A stretch of DNA of 64,000 bases from assembly GCA_030390025.1 (NCBI GenBank), contig JASTWF010000033.1, positions 4,776,001-4,840,000 of the forward strand, given 5' to 3'. The position numbers were made by a program, and so were the translations under genes. The DNA is from Squalus acanthias. Lineage: Eukaryota. The notes under the pieces are model-generated. The model had not been told where the DNA came from and made no database searches. It worked only from the letters and a program-made list of their open reading frames with translations. Of this stretch, positions 23,115 to 36,116 are shown one piece after another; position 1 is the stretch's first letter, and the number at the start of each line of letters is the position of its first letter.

Positions 23115-25500
23115 GGACACGCCCCCGGGACCGGTCAAAACCCCGGGACCGGTCAAACCCCTGGTACCGGTCAAACCCCCGGGACTTGTCTAACCCCCTG
23201 GGAGCAGTCAAACCCTCGGGACCGGTCACACTCCCGGGACCAGTCAACCCCCGGGACCGGTCAAACCCCCTGGTGTGGCCACACACACCAGGACCGGTCA
23301 AAGCCCCAGAACCGGTCAACCCCCAGGGACCGGTCAAAACCCCTGGACTGGTCAATCCCCCGGGACAGGTCAAACCCACTGGGACCAGTCAACACCCGGG
23401 ACCGGTCACACTCCCACGACCAGTCAACCCCCCGGGACTAGTCAAACACTCTGGGAGCGGTCAAACACCCGGGACCGGTCACACTCCCGGGTCCGGTCAA
23501 CCCCTGGGACGGTAAAACCCCCGGGAGCAGTCACACACCCCAGGACCGGTCAAATCCCCGGAACCGGTCTACTCCCAGGGACTGGTCAAAAGCCCTGGAC
23601 CGGTCAATCCCCCGGGACAGGACATACCCCCTGGGACCAGACAGCCCCCCGGGACGGGATACACTCCCAGGACCACCAGTCAACCCCCGGGACTGGTCAA
23701 ACCCCCTGGAGCTGGTCAAACCCTCGGGACGGGTCAAACCGCCGGGACCGGTCACACTCCCGGGACCGGTCTGACCCGCAGGACTGGTCACACCCCCGGG
23801 ACTGGTCAAACCCCGGGACTGGTGACACCCCCGGGACTGGTCAAACCCCCGGGACTGGTAAAACACCCGGGACTGGTCAATCCCCCGGGACTGGTCAAAG
23901 CCCCGGGACCGGTCAAACCCCTGGAACTGGTCACACCCCCGGGACTGGTCAAACCCCCGGGACTGGTCAAAGCCCCGGGACTGGTCAAACCCCCGGGACT
24001 GGTCAAACCCCCGGGACCGGTCACACCCCCGGGACCGGTCAAACCCCCGGGACTGGTCACACCCCCGAGACTGGTCAAACCCCTGGGACTGGTCAGACCC
24101 CCGGGACCGGTCAAACCCCCGGGACTGGTCAATCCCCCGGGACCGGTCAAACCCCCGGGACCGGTCAACCCCCGGGACTGGTCAAACCCCCGGGACTGGT
24201 CACACCCCCGGAATAGGTCAAACCCCCGGGACTGGTCAGACCCCCGGGACCAGTCAAACCCCCGGGACCTGTCAAAACACCAGGACTCGTCAATCCCCCG
24301 GGACTGGTCAAACCCCCGGAACAGGTCAATCCCCTGGGACTGGTCACACCCCTGGGATTGGTCAAACCCCTGGGACTAGTCAAACCCCTGGGATTGGTCA
24401 AACCCCTGGGACTGGTCAAACCCCTGGGAACTGGTCAAACCCCCGGGAACTGGTCAAACCCCCAGGACCGATTAAAACCCCCGGGACTGGTCAAACCCCC
24501 GGGACTGGTCAATCCCCCGGGACTGGTCACACACCCGGGACTGGTCACACACCCGGGACTGGTCAATCCCCCGGGACTGGTCAAACCCCCGGGACTGGTC
24601 AAACCCCCGGGACTGGTCAAACCCCCGGGACTGGTCAATCCCCCGGGACTGGTCAAACCCCCGGGACTGGTCAAACCCCCGGGACTGGTCAAACCCCCGG
24701 GACCAGTCAAACTCCCGGGACTTTACAAACCCCTGGGTCTGGTCAAAACCCTGGGACTGGTCAAACCCCCGGGACTAGTCAAGCCCCTGGGACCGGTCAA
24801 ACCACCGGGACTGGTCAAGCCCCTGGGACTGGTCAAACACCGGGACCGGTCAAACCCCCGGGACTGGTCAAGCCCCTGGGACTGGTCAAACCCCTGGGAC
24901 TGGTCAACTTCCCGGGACCGGTCAAACCCCCAGGACTGGTCAACCACCCGTGACGGGTCAGACCCCCGTGACCAGTGAAACCCCCGGGACCTGTCAAACC
25001 CCCGGGACCAGTCCCACCCCCGGGACTAGTGACACCCCCGGGACCGGTCAATCCCCCGGGACAGGTCAAACCCCCGGGACTGGTCAATCCCCTGGGACTT
25101 GTCAAACCCCCGGGACCGGTCAAAATCCCGGGACTGGTCAAACCCCCGGGACCGGTCAAACCCCCGGGACCGGTCACAGCCCCGGGACCGGTCAAACCCC
25201 GGGACCGGTCAAACCCCCGGGACCGGCGAAACCCCCGGGACTGGTCAACCACCCAGAACCAGTCAAACCCTGGGACCAGTCAAACCCCCGGTACCGGTCA
25301 AATCCCTGGGATCGTTCAAACCCCCGGGACCGGTCACACCCCCGGGACCGGTCACACTCCTGCGACCGGTCAAACCCCCGGGACCAGTCAAACCCCCGGG
25401 ACCGGTCAATCCCCCGGGACCAGTCAAAGTCCCGGAACCGTTCAAACCCCCGGGGATCGGTCACACCCCCCTGGACAGGTCAAATCCCCTGGTCAATGAT
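23115..25500 (+). repeat. 18-bp GC/CpG-rich tandem repeat
   Basis: Unit cccccgggac(t/c)ggtcaaa with 17-19 nt variants; it generates the PPGLVK/TPGTGQ pseudo-ORFs. Confidence 0.95.
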
Positions 25501-25836
25501 CGGACACATCGCGGGATCAGACGCCCCATCCAACGCAGTTTCATCCATCCGACCGACCTGGTCCTGACCCGGAGTCCCCCCAACCCGTCCGACTGGAAGC
25601 CTGACTGTTAATCAGGCTGACTTTCGGGGTGGGGAACCAGTCAAGGAGAAAGAACGTATGCTGTGGAGTTAAGACAGCCCAACGTCCGGGAACAGCTGGA
25701 CTTCCTGGTATCCTGTCTGATATTCCACATCCACCCCGTACCCTCCGGTCATCGTACATAAACCACCTCTCTTAATATCCAGGCGGAAGTATATGAGCAG
25801 ATGCAAAATACGGAGACTGCTTTAATTCTGATAAGT

Positions 25837-27850
25837 ACATAAGAACATAAGAAATAGGAGCAGGAGTAGGCCATTTGACCCTTCGAGCCTGCTTCGCCAT
25901 TCAATGAGATCATGGCTGATCTTCTGCCTCAATTCCATTCACCGGCCTTATCGCCATATCCCTTGATGCCCTTGCTAGTCAGGAATCTATCGACCTGTTT
26001 TGAATATACCCAATGACTGAGCATCCACAGCCCTCTGTGGTAGAGAATTCGAAAGATTTACCACCCTCTGTGTGAAGAAATTTCTTCTTATCCTTGTCCT
26101 GAATGGCCTACCCTTTATCCAAAGGCTGTGGCCCCCGGTTCTAGACTCCCCAGCCAAGGGAAACATTCTCCCAGCACCCACCCTATCAAGCCCTGTAATA
26201 ATTGTGTATGCTTCAATGAGAACCCCTCTCATTCTTCTGAATTCAAGAGAATACAGGCCTAGTTTACTCAATCTCTTCTCATACGACAGATCCGTCATCC
26301 CAGGAATAAATCTCGTGAACCTTCGTTGCACTCCCTCTATGGCAAGTATATCCTTCCTTATGTAAGGAGACCACAATAGTACACATTACTCCAGGTGTGG
26401 TCTCACCAAGGCCCTATTGAATTGGAGGAAGACTTCTTTACTCCTGTACGCAAGTATCCTCTTGTAATGAAGGCCAGCATACCATTTGCCTTCCTAATGG
26501 CTTGCTGCACCTGCACATTCACTTTCAGTGACTCATGTACAAGAACACCCAGGTACCTTTGAGCATCTGCATTCCCCAATCATTCACCATTTAGGAAATA
26601 CTCTGCCTTTCCGTTTTTTCGACCAAAGTGGATAACTTCACATTTATCCTCATTATAATCCATCTGCTATGTTCTCGCCCACTCACTGAGCCTGTCGACA
26701 TCCCCTTGAAGCCTCTTCAGATCCTCTTCGCAACTGACACTGCCACCTGGCTTTGTTTCATCAGCACATTTGGAAATGTTACATTTAGTCACATCATCTA
26801 AATCATTGATATAGATTGTGAATAGCTGGGGCCCAAGCACCGATCCTTGCGGTACCCCACTAGTCACAGCCTGCCATCCTGAAAAAGACTCATTTATCCC
26901 TACTCTGTTTCCTGTCTGTTAACCAATTCTCAATCCATGCTAGTATATTACCCCCAATTCCAAGTGCCCTAATTTTTTTCGCCAACCTCTTGTGTGGGAC
27001 CTTATCGAAGGCCTTCTGAAAATCCAAACGCACCACATCTACCGGTTCCCCTTTGTCTACTCCAGTAGTTACATCCTCAAAGAACTCCAATAGGTTTGTC
27101 AAACAGGCCTTCCCTTTCATAAATCCATGTTGACTCTGCCCAATCTTACTATTAGTTTCTAAGTGCCCAGTTATTGCATCCTTTATAATAGATTCCAGCA
27201 TTTTCCCAACGACTGATGTGAGACTAGCAGGTCTGTAGTTCCCAATTTCTCTCTCCCTTCTTTCTTAAAAAGCGGGGTTACATTTGCTATCGTCCAATCT
27301 GCAGGAACCATTCCAGAATCTATAGAATTTTGGAAGATGACAACCAATGCGTCCACTATCCCAATGGCCACCTCTTACAACATCCGAGGATGTAGGTCAT
27401 CCGGTCCTTGAGATTTATCGACTTTTAGTCCCATTAATTTTGCTAGTACTGTTTTTTTTACTAATAATAATTTCATTATGTTCTTCATTCTCGCCACACC
27501 CTTGGTTTTCTTGTATTTCTGGGAGTTTGTTTGTGTCTTCCTCCGTGAAGACAGAAACAAAGTATTTATTTAATTTTTCTGACATTTCCTCATTCCCCAT
27601 TATAAATTCTCCCGTCTCTGACTGTAAAGGACCTACATTTACCTTCACCAGTCTTTTCCTTTTCACATACCTATAGAAGCTTTTACAATCCGTTTTTATA
27701 TTTTTCGCTAATTTATGCTCATATTCCATTTTCCCTTTCTTTATCCATTTCTTGGTCCCCCTTTGCTGATTTCTAAAAGATCCCAATCCTCAGGCTGACT
27801 GTGTTTTCTGGCAACATTATAAGCTTCCTCCTTTTATTAATATTAGCTTT
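25837..27850 (-). mobile_element. CR1 LINE, 5'-truncated ORF2 (RT) and tail
   Basis: [58 protein letters not shown]; (cataagaa)n tail. Confidence 0.92.
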
Positions 27851-27859
27851 AATTTATTA

Positions 27860-29255
27860 AAAAAGACAATGCTGAAAACACTCAGCGGGTCAGGCAGCAT
27901 CTGTGCAGAGAGAAACAGAGTTAACATTTCAGGTCCATGACCTTTCATCAGAACTGGACGACTCCAGATATTATCAGTATTAAAGCAATGATAGAGTCAC
28001 AGAAAAGTGCTTTAGCATAAGGATAGAAAAAATAGGAATCTCTGTGATTGGTTGGAGGGCAGGAGTGATTCAATGACTAAAGGGATGATGGTGCAAGGCG
28101 AATGGGACAATTAAAGAAACAGAAGATTGTTCTAGAGGAGGAGTAAATGGTTACAGCAGAATAACAAGGGGGAGGGGTAGTAGGGCACATGTGGCAGAGA
28201 AAGTTGGGTAGACCCCAGGTGTTTGGGCCATCCCGCTGACCGTGTACCGGGATCGCCACCCCAAGCCCCAGCCCAAACCTCCTCCACTCCCAGTGGCTCT
28301 GGTGGAGCCTCCTCCTTGACCAGCACATGTCGTCTGAGAAAACGGGAGCGGAGGTTATGATCTGAAGTTTTTAAACTTAGTGTTGAATCCGGCAGGCAAT
28401 AAAATGCCGAATCGAAAAATAAGGTGCTGCTCCTCATTGAGTTTAAAATGGGAACAGTGCAGGAGGCCGAGAACAGAGAGTTCAGAGTGGGAGTGGGATG
28501 TAGAATTAAAGTGGGAAGTGACCTGAAGCTCTGGATCACACTTGTGGACTGAACGGAGGCGTTCAGCAAAGCAATCACCCAATCTGTGCTTAGTCCACCC
28601 AATGTACAGGAGACTGGATCGTGGGCAGCGAGTATGATTTACCAAAAAGGTTGGAAGTACAAGTAAATTAGTCTTTCACGTGGATGGAATGTTTGGGGCC
28701 TTGGCTGGTGGGATGGAAAGATGGGAAAGGGCAGCTGTTGCATCTCCTGCGCTTGCATAGGAAGGTGCCGGGGAAGGGGAGCAGATGTTATTGGTGATGG
28801 AAGTGTGCACCAGGGTGTTGCGAGGGCCGGGGGGATGGGAGTGCAGGGGAAGATATGTTTGTTGTTGGCCTTAGCTGGACATGATGGAAATGGCAGAGGA
28901 TGATCCGTTGAATGTGAAGGCTGGTGCAGTGGAAGCTGAGGACAAGGGGTGATGGGAGCAATGCAGATTGACACGGTCGAGGGCCCTGTCATTCACAATG
29001 GAGTTGAATACTCGGCTGAGGAAATATGAAGATATTTTGGAAGCACTAGTGTGAAAGGTGGCATCGTCAGAACATATGCAACGGTGGCGGAGAAACTTTG
29101 AGAATAGAATATAGCCCTTCCAGGAAGCCGGGTGGGAGGAAGTCTACTCAAGATTCCTGTGGGAGTTGGTGGGATTATAGTAGATATTGGTGGATGGCCT
29201 AGACCCTGAAATGAAGATCGAGAAGTCGAGGAAGGGAATGGAAGATCACTGTGGT
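27860..29255 (-). mobile_element. Decayed Penelope-like element (RT C-terminus, GIY-YIG, terminal repeat)
   Basis: LLYIGWTKHRLGDCFAERLRSVHKCDPEL...EEQHLIFRFG at 28355-28645; terminal repeat at 27860-28060. Confidence 0.85.
27919..27955 (-). ncRNA. Minimal hammerhead ribozyme motif (Penelope terminal repeat)
   Basis: agtt-CTGATGA-a-aggtc-atg-gacct-GAAA-t-gt-t-aact; perfect stems I and II, with a CpG-type change in stem III. Confidence 0.6.
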
Positions 29256-29259
29256 TCAC

Positions 29260-31400
29260 CATTTAAATGTTATTCCTGTATTTAAAATGGAAGATAGAAC
29301 AATTCCATGGATCTACAGACCAGTTAGCATAACGTCGATGGTAGGAAAGTTAATGGAATCCTTACTCAAAGATGTAACAGAAAAACTTCTAGAAACACAA
29401 AATATAATAACGAGTAGTCAGCAGGTTTTCCAAAAGGAAATCATAGAATGGTTATAGCACAGAAGGAGGCCATTCGGCCTGTCGAGCCCGTGCTCACTCT
29501 CTGCACATGCACTGCAGCTAATCCCAATCCCGCCCTTTCACCGTAGCCCTGCAATTCTTTTCCTTCAGGTACTTATCCCATTTCCTTTTGAAAGCCACGA
29601 TTGAATCTGCCTGCACCACCCTTTCAGGCAGTGCATTACAGATCATAAACCAACGCTGCCTTAAAAAGTTTTTCCTCATGTCACCTTTGGATCTTCAGCA
29701 CATCACCTAAAACCTGTGCCCTCTGGTTCTTGACCGTTCCACCAATGGGAACAGCTTCTCTCTATCTGCTCTGTCTACTCTGTCTAGAACCCTCATGATT
29801 TTGATCACCTCTCTCAAATCTCCTCTCAATCTTCTCTGCTCTACTGAGAACAACACCAGCTTCTCCAGTATATCTACATAACAGAAGTCCCTCAACCCTG
29901 GAACCATTCTTGTGAATCTTTTCTGCACCCTCTCTAAAGCCTTCATGCCCCTTCCTAAAGTGCGGTGCCCAGAATTGGACACAATTCTCCAGTTGTGGCC
30001 GTACCAATGTTTCATAAATGTTTATCATAACTTCTTTGCTTTTGTACTCTATGCCTCTATTTATAAAGCTAAGATTCCAGTAAGCATTTTTAACCGCTTT
30101 CTCAACTTGCCCTGCCACCTTCAACGATTTTTGTACATGTACCCCCAGGTCCATCTGTTCCTGCAACCCCTTTGGAATGTCTTGCTTGAGTAACCTTAGT
30201 GAATTATTTGAATAAGTATCAGAAAGATTAGATAAGGGTTATGCAGGAGATATATTTGATTTTTTAAAGCCATTCGATAAGGTACCACATAGCAGACTGA
30301 ATCACAGAGCAAGTGGAGTTAGGAGACAAGCAGCAGAATGGATAGCAAGATAGCTGCAAGAACAGAAAAGAGGGAGTAGTGGATAAAGCTATTTACTCAG
30401 ATAGGTGGATGGTGAGAAGTGATGTTCCACAAGGATCGGCGTTGCAATCATTGTTGTTCACCATTTACATAAACGATATTGAATCGGGAAGCAGAAGAAC
30501 AAATTCAAAATTTGCAGATGAATCCAAATTGGAAGTACAGTTAATACAGAGGAAGAATGCAACACAATACCGGCAGACATTAATACACTTGCAGAAAGGG
30601 CGTTTAAATGGCAAATTAATTTCAATATAGCTAAGTGAGAGGTACTGCATTTTGCTAGGAAGAATAAGTTTCCCAAATACTCCTTGGAAATCAGAGTGGG
30701 AATGGGGTAGAGGGGCACCGATTAACAAATCATTTAAAGTAGCAACGCATGTTAACATGACCATAAACATGGAAACAAAGCACTGGGGTTCATTTCTAGA
30801 AGAATAGAATCGTAAAGCAAAGATGTTAGCTTAAACTTATATCGAACCTTGGTTATACCACACTGAGCGTACTGTGTGCAGTTCTGATCTCCATATTACA
30901 TAAAGGATATTAAGGCTCTGGAGAAAGTGTAATATTTTTACAAGGATGACACCAGAACTGAGACATTATAAGCACCAGGAAAGATTGAACAGGCTGGGGC
31001 TCGTTTCTTTACAAAAGAGAAGGCTGAGGGGTGGCCTAATAGAGGCCTTTAAATTTTGAAGGGGTAACATAGGGTAGATGTTTATACTCGTGACGTGAGT
31101 GCAAAATTGGAGATTATCGATGAAAGAGAGTCACTAATAAATCCAATACGGAATTGAGGAGAAATGTCTTTACTCAGAGATTGGTTAGAATGTGGAACTC
31201 CCTGCAACTTGGAGTACTTGAGGCGAATTGCAGAGATGCATTTAAGGGTAAGCGAGAGAAGTACACGAGGTAGAAATCAGTAGAAGGTTATGCTGATCGG
31301 GTGAGATGATAAGGGTTGGGAGGAGGCTCCTGTGGAGCATAAACACTGGCATAACCTAGTGTGGCCGAATGGCCTGTTTTGTGCTGTAAATTCTAAGGAG
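29260..31400 (+). mobile_element. Old CR1 LINE (29260-29441 and 30180-31400) interrupted by a younger antisense CR1
   Basis: YRPVSITSMVGKLMESLLKD...QQVFQKE | SCLSNL...[19 protein letters not shown]...KFADE. Confidence 0.8.
29442..30179 (-). mobile_element. CR1 LINE 3' fragment
   Basis: DLGVHVQKSLKVAGQVEKAVK...LVRPQLENCVQFWAPHFRK; tail at 29442. Confidence 0.88.
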
Positions 31401-32158
31401 TTCTCCGTAACTTGAGTACAAATTAATCACATTCATCAGTTCATTTAATCATTGTGGATATTGAAGTGTTTTATTTATTGAGGCATTGCCCTATATATTA
31501 CATTTTTATCAATTTATTAATGCTATTATTTACTGCCCTCGGGACTGATATGTGTATTATGAAAACCTGATATACATGTTCTTCAGTTATGCATGTCTCT
31601 CCTCGCAGGGACACACCTCACTGAGCTAAGGCCAGAGATCGTTGCAGGTTACCTGTGCAGAGACTCTGAATCAGAGGTAAGAACTGGTTCGTCAAACCTT
31701 AATCAGTTACAGAAGTGGAATAATCAATAACCACAGCCCAATATTCATCCTGTCTAATGAGAGGGAGGAATTGAATGAAATCAATTGTAGGGATATTGAC
31801 GGGATTGAAGGCCGATAAATCCCCAAGGCCTGATAATCTACATCCTAGGGTACTTAAGGAAGTGACCGTAGAAATAGTAAGAACATAAGAACATAAGAAA
31901 TAGGAGCAGGAGTAGGCCAATTGGCCCCTCGAGCCTGCTCCGCCATTCAATAAGATCATGGCTGATCTGATCCTAACCGCCAATCTACTATCACAGAACC
32001 ATCTCCTGAACCTAACAGAATTGGACACACGAAATAGGAGCAGGATCAGGCTACACGGCCCCTGGGCCCGCTACGCTACCCACAGGGCCATGACCGATCC
32101 GAAACTAGACTCATGTCCAAATTCCTGCCCGCTCCCCGTAACCCTTAATTCCCTTTAC

Positions 32159-35121
32159 TTATAGGAAACTGTCTATTTCTGTTTTAAATTTATGTAATGA
32201 TGTAGCTTCTACAGCTTTTTGGGGCAGCATATTCCATGGACCTACCACCCTCTGAGTGAAGTAGTTCCTTCTCATCTCAGTTTTGAATGAGCAGACCCTT
32301 ATTCTAAGACTATGCCACCTTGTTCCAGTTTCACCCATCATCGAGAACATCCTCCCCGCATCCACCCGATCCAACCCCTTCACAATCTTATATGTTTCAA
32401 TAAGATCGCCTCTCATTCTTCTGAACTCCAATGAGTAGAGTCCCAATCTACCCAACCTCTCCTCATATGTCCATCCCCTCATCCCCGGGATTAACCGAGT
32501 GAACCTTCTTTGTACTGACTCGAGAGCAAGTATGTCTTTTCTTAAGTATGGACACCAAAACTGTATGCAGTATTCCAGGTGCGGTCTCACCAATACCTTG
32601 TACAACTGAAGCAATACCTCCCTATTTTTATATTCTATCCCCTTAGCAATGAAAGCCAACATTCCATTGGCCTTCTTAATCACTTGCTGCACCTGCATAC
32701 TAACCTTTTGAGTTTCGTGCACCAGGACCCCCAGATCCCTTTGTACTTCAGTACTTTCCAGTTTCTTGCCATTTAGATAATAACTTGCTCTACTATTTTT
32801 CCTGCCAAAGTGCATAACCTCACACTTTCCAGTATTGTATTCCATCTGCCAAATCTCTGCCCACTTACTTAGCCTGTCTATGTCCCCTTGCAGATTGTTT
32901 ATGTCCTCCTCACTCACTACTTTCCCTCCCATCTAAGTATCATCTGCAAACTTTGATATGTTACACTCGGTCCCCTCCTCCAAATCGTTAATATAGATTG
33001 TAAAGAGTTGGGGACCCAGCACTGACCCCTGCGGAACACCACTAGTTACTGATTGCCAGTCCGAGAATGAACCATTTATCCCAACTCTCTGCCTTCTGTT
33101 AGATAGCCAATCCTCTATCCATGCCAGAATATTACCCCCAATCGGTGCAGGCTCGAAGGACCGAATGGTCTACTCCTGCACCTATTTTCTATGTTTCTAT
33201 CCAGTCATTTTTTATCTTAAGCAATAATCTTTTGTGTGGCACCTTGTCAAATGCCTTTTGGAAGTCTAAATACACCACATCCACTAGTTCCCCTTTATCC
33301 ATCCTGTGTGTTACTTCCTCAACGAACTCCAGCAAATTTGTCAAACATGACTTCCCCTTCATAAAACCACGCTGACTTTGTCCTATTAAATTATGATTAT
33401 CCAAATGTCCCGTTACTGTATCCTTAATAATGGACTCCAAAATTTTACCTACCACAGATGTTAGGCTAACCGGTCTATAGTTTCCAGCCTTCTGTCTACT
33501 GCCCTTTTTAAATAAGGGTGTTACATTAGCAGTTTTCCAGTCTGCCGGGATCTTTGCTGAGTCCAGGGAGTTTTGGAAAATTATTACCAATGCATCCACA
33601 ATCCCTACCGTCACTTCCCTCAAGACCCGAGGATGTAAGCCATCAGGTCCAGGTGATTTATCCGCCTTGAGTCCCATTATTTTACCGAGTACCACTTCCT
33701 TAGTGATTTTGATCGTGTTTAGCTCCTCCCCCCCCCTAAAGCCCCCTGTTTGTCCAGTGTTGGGATATTCTTAGTGTCCTCTACTGTAAAGACTGATACA
33801 AAATATTCATTCAGTGTATTTGCCATCTCCATATTTGCCACCATTAATTTCCCGGTGTCATCCTCTAAGGGACCAACATTTACTTTAACCACCCTTTTTC
33901 TTTTTATATAACTATAAAAACTCTTACTATCTGTTTTTATATTTTTTGCTAATTTACTTTCATAATCTATCTTCCCTTTCTTAATCAATCTTTTTGTTAT
34001 TTTTTTCTGTCTTTTAAAGTTTTCCCAATCCTCTATCCTCCCACTAGATTTGGCTACCTTTTTAGCTCTTGTTTTTAGTTGAATACTATCCTTAATTTCT
34101 TTACTTAGCCACGGATGACTGTCTTTTCTTTTACACCCTTTTCTTCTCAGTGGAATATATATTTTTTGGAAGTTGTAAAATAACTCCTTAAATGTACACC
34201 ACTGATCATGTGTCGTCTTACCCTTTAATCTATTTTCCCAATCCACTCTACTCAATTCCGCTCGCATACCTTCATAGTCTCCTTTATTCAAGCTGAGCAC
34301 GCTTGTTTGAGATCCGACCTTCTCACCCTCTAATTGAATATGGAATTCAACAATGTTATGGTCACTCATTCCAAGGGGATCCTTTACTACGACATTTTTA
34401 ATTAATCCTGTCTCATTACTCAGGACCAGATCTAAGGTTGCTTGCCACCTGGTCGGTTCAGTTACATACTGCTCAAGAAACCCATCCCTAATACACTCAA
34501 TGAACTCATCCTCAAGGCAGCCCTGCCCAATTTGATTTGTCCAATTAATATGATAGTTAAAATCCCCCATAATTATAGATGTTCCCTTATTACAAGCCTC
34601 AACTATTTCCTGATTGATACTCCGTCCAACAGCGTTGCAACTATTCAGAGGCCTATAGACTACGCCCACTAGTGTTTTTTCCCCTTATTATTCCTTATCT
34701 CCACCCAAACTGTTTCATTATCCTGATCTTTTGACCCAATATCATTTCTCTGTATTACAGTGATTCCTTCCTTTATTAACATAGCCACCCCACCTCCCCT
34801 TCCTTCCTGCCTGTCCTTCCTGATCGTTAAATAACCTGGTATGTTTAATTCCCAGGCATTGTCACCCTGCAGCCATGTTTCTGTAATGGCCACAAGATCA
34901 TACCCATATGTAGTTATTTGTGCCATTAACTCGTCTATTTTGTTACGAATGCTACGTGCATTCAGATAGAGAACTTTCAAATATGTTTTGTGACACTTAG
35001 TTCCTGCTTTTGCCCTTTTTATTACTTTACCTTTTACTCCATACATTCTGCCCCTTCCTGACACATTCTGGTTTTTAATTTCCCCACTGCTAGCTAAGTC
35101 TATGACCTTCTCTGTTGTCAT
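32159..35121 (-). pseudogene. CR1 ORF2p: APE endonuclease and reverse transcriptase (frameshifts near 34670 and 33720, insertion at ~33144-33198, stop near 32933)
   Basis: Four consecutive ORF fragments that together span the endonuclease, RT and C-terminal domain. Confidence 0.9.
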
Positions 35122-35159
35122 TTTTATTATTTGCTCTCTAGGAACCTCCCCCCCACTAG

Positions 35160-36116
35160 TTAGTTTAAAGCCCTCTCTACAGCCCTAGTTATATGATCCG
35201 CCAGGACTCTAGTCCCAGCACTGGCCAAGTGAAGCCCGTCCCAACGGAACAGCTCCCTCCTGCCCCAGTACTGGTGCCAGTGTCCCAGGAAGCAAAACCC
35301 ATTTCTCCCACACCAGTCTTTGAGCCACTCATTTAAATCTCTAATTTTATTTGTCCTAGCCAAATTCGCTCGTGGCTCAGGTAATAATCCAGAGATTATT
35401 ACCCTTGAGGTTCTGTTTTTTAATTTGACCCCTAGCTGCTCATACTCCTTTAAAAGAACCGGCTTCCTTGTCCTATCTACGTCGTTTGTACCAACATGGA
35501 CCACGACAACTGGATCCACCCCCTCCCACTGCAAGTTTCTTTCCAGCCCAGAGGAGATGTCCTTAACCCTGGCACCGGGCAGGCAACACAGCCTACGGGA
35601 CTCTCACTCTCGGCTGCAGAGAACTCTATCTATCCCCCTAATAATACTATCCCCTACCACTACAACATTTCTATTTACTCCCCCCTCTTGAATGGCCCCA
35701 CGTTCCACGGTGCTGTGGCCAGGTAGCTCACCCTCCCTGCAGTCCCTGCTCCCGTCCCCACAGGGAGTAAGAACCTCGAACCTGTTGGACAAGAGCAAGG
35801 GCTGCGGCTCCTCCAACACTACCTCCTGGATCCCCGTACCTGCCTCACTCGTAGTCACACCGTCCTGTCCCTGACCATGGGCTACATCTGAATTAATTAA
35901 CTTCATAGGTGTGACCACCTCCTGAAACACAAAGTCCAGGTACTTCTCCCCCTCCCTAATGTGTCGCAGTGTCTGAAGCTCAGACTCCAGCTCATCAACA
36001 CGGAGCTGGAGTTCCTGTAGCAGCAGACACTTGTCACAGATGTAATCAATGTGAGCCTCAATGGGGTCTACCGGCTCCCACATCTTGCAACAGTAACACA
36101 TCACCTGCTCCATTCT
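35160..36116 (-). pseudogene. CR1 ORF1p: zinc finger, coiled coil and SGNH/GDSL esterase domain (one premature stop)
   Basis: CYCCKMWE...YICDKC, LQELQLRVDELESELQTLRHIRE, VVVGDSIIRG, VHVGTND, DGLHL; the two ORF halves are in frame across a TGA at 35606-35604. Confidence 0.88.

Noticed and set aside
23000..25611. Collagen-like or Pro/Gly-rich ORFs (PPGLVK, TPGTGQ, GGLTSP)
   Set aside because: Products of an 18-bp tandem repeat with frequent indels; no Gly-X-Y register, splice structure or unique domains.
28185..28335. ~150-bp GC-rich segment in the Penelope remnant bounded by gcacatgt on both sides (possible 8-bp TSD)
   Set aside because: No terminal inverted repeats are visible and no family can be assigned; evidence is too weak.
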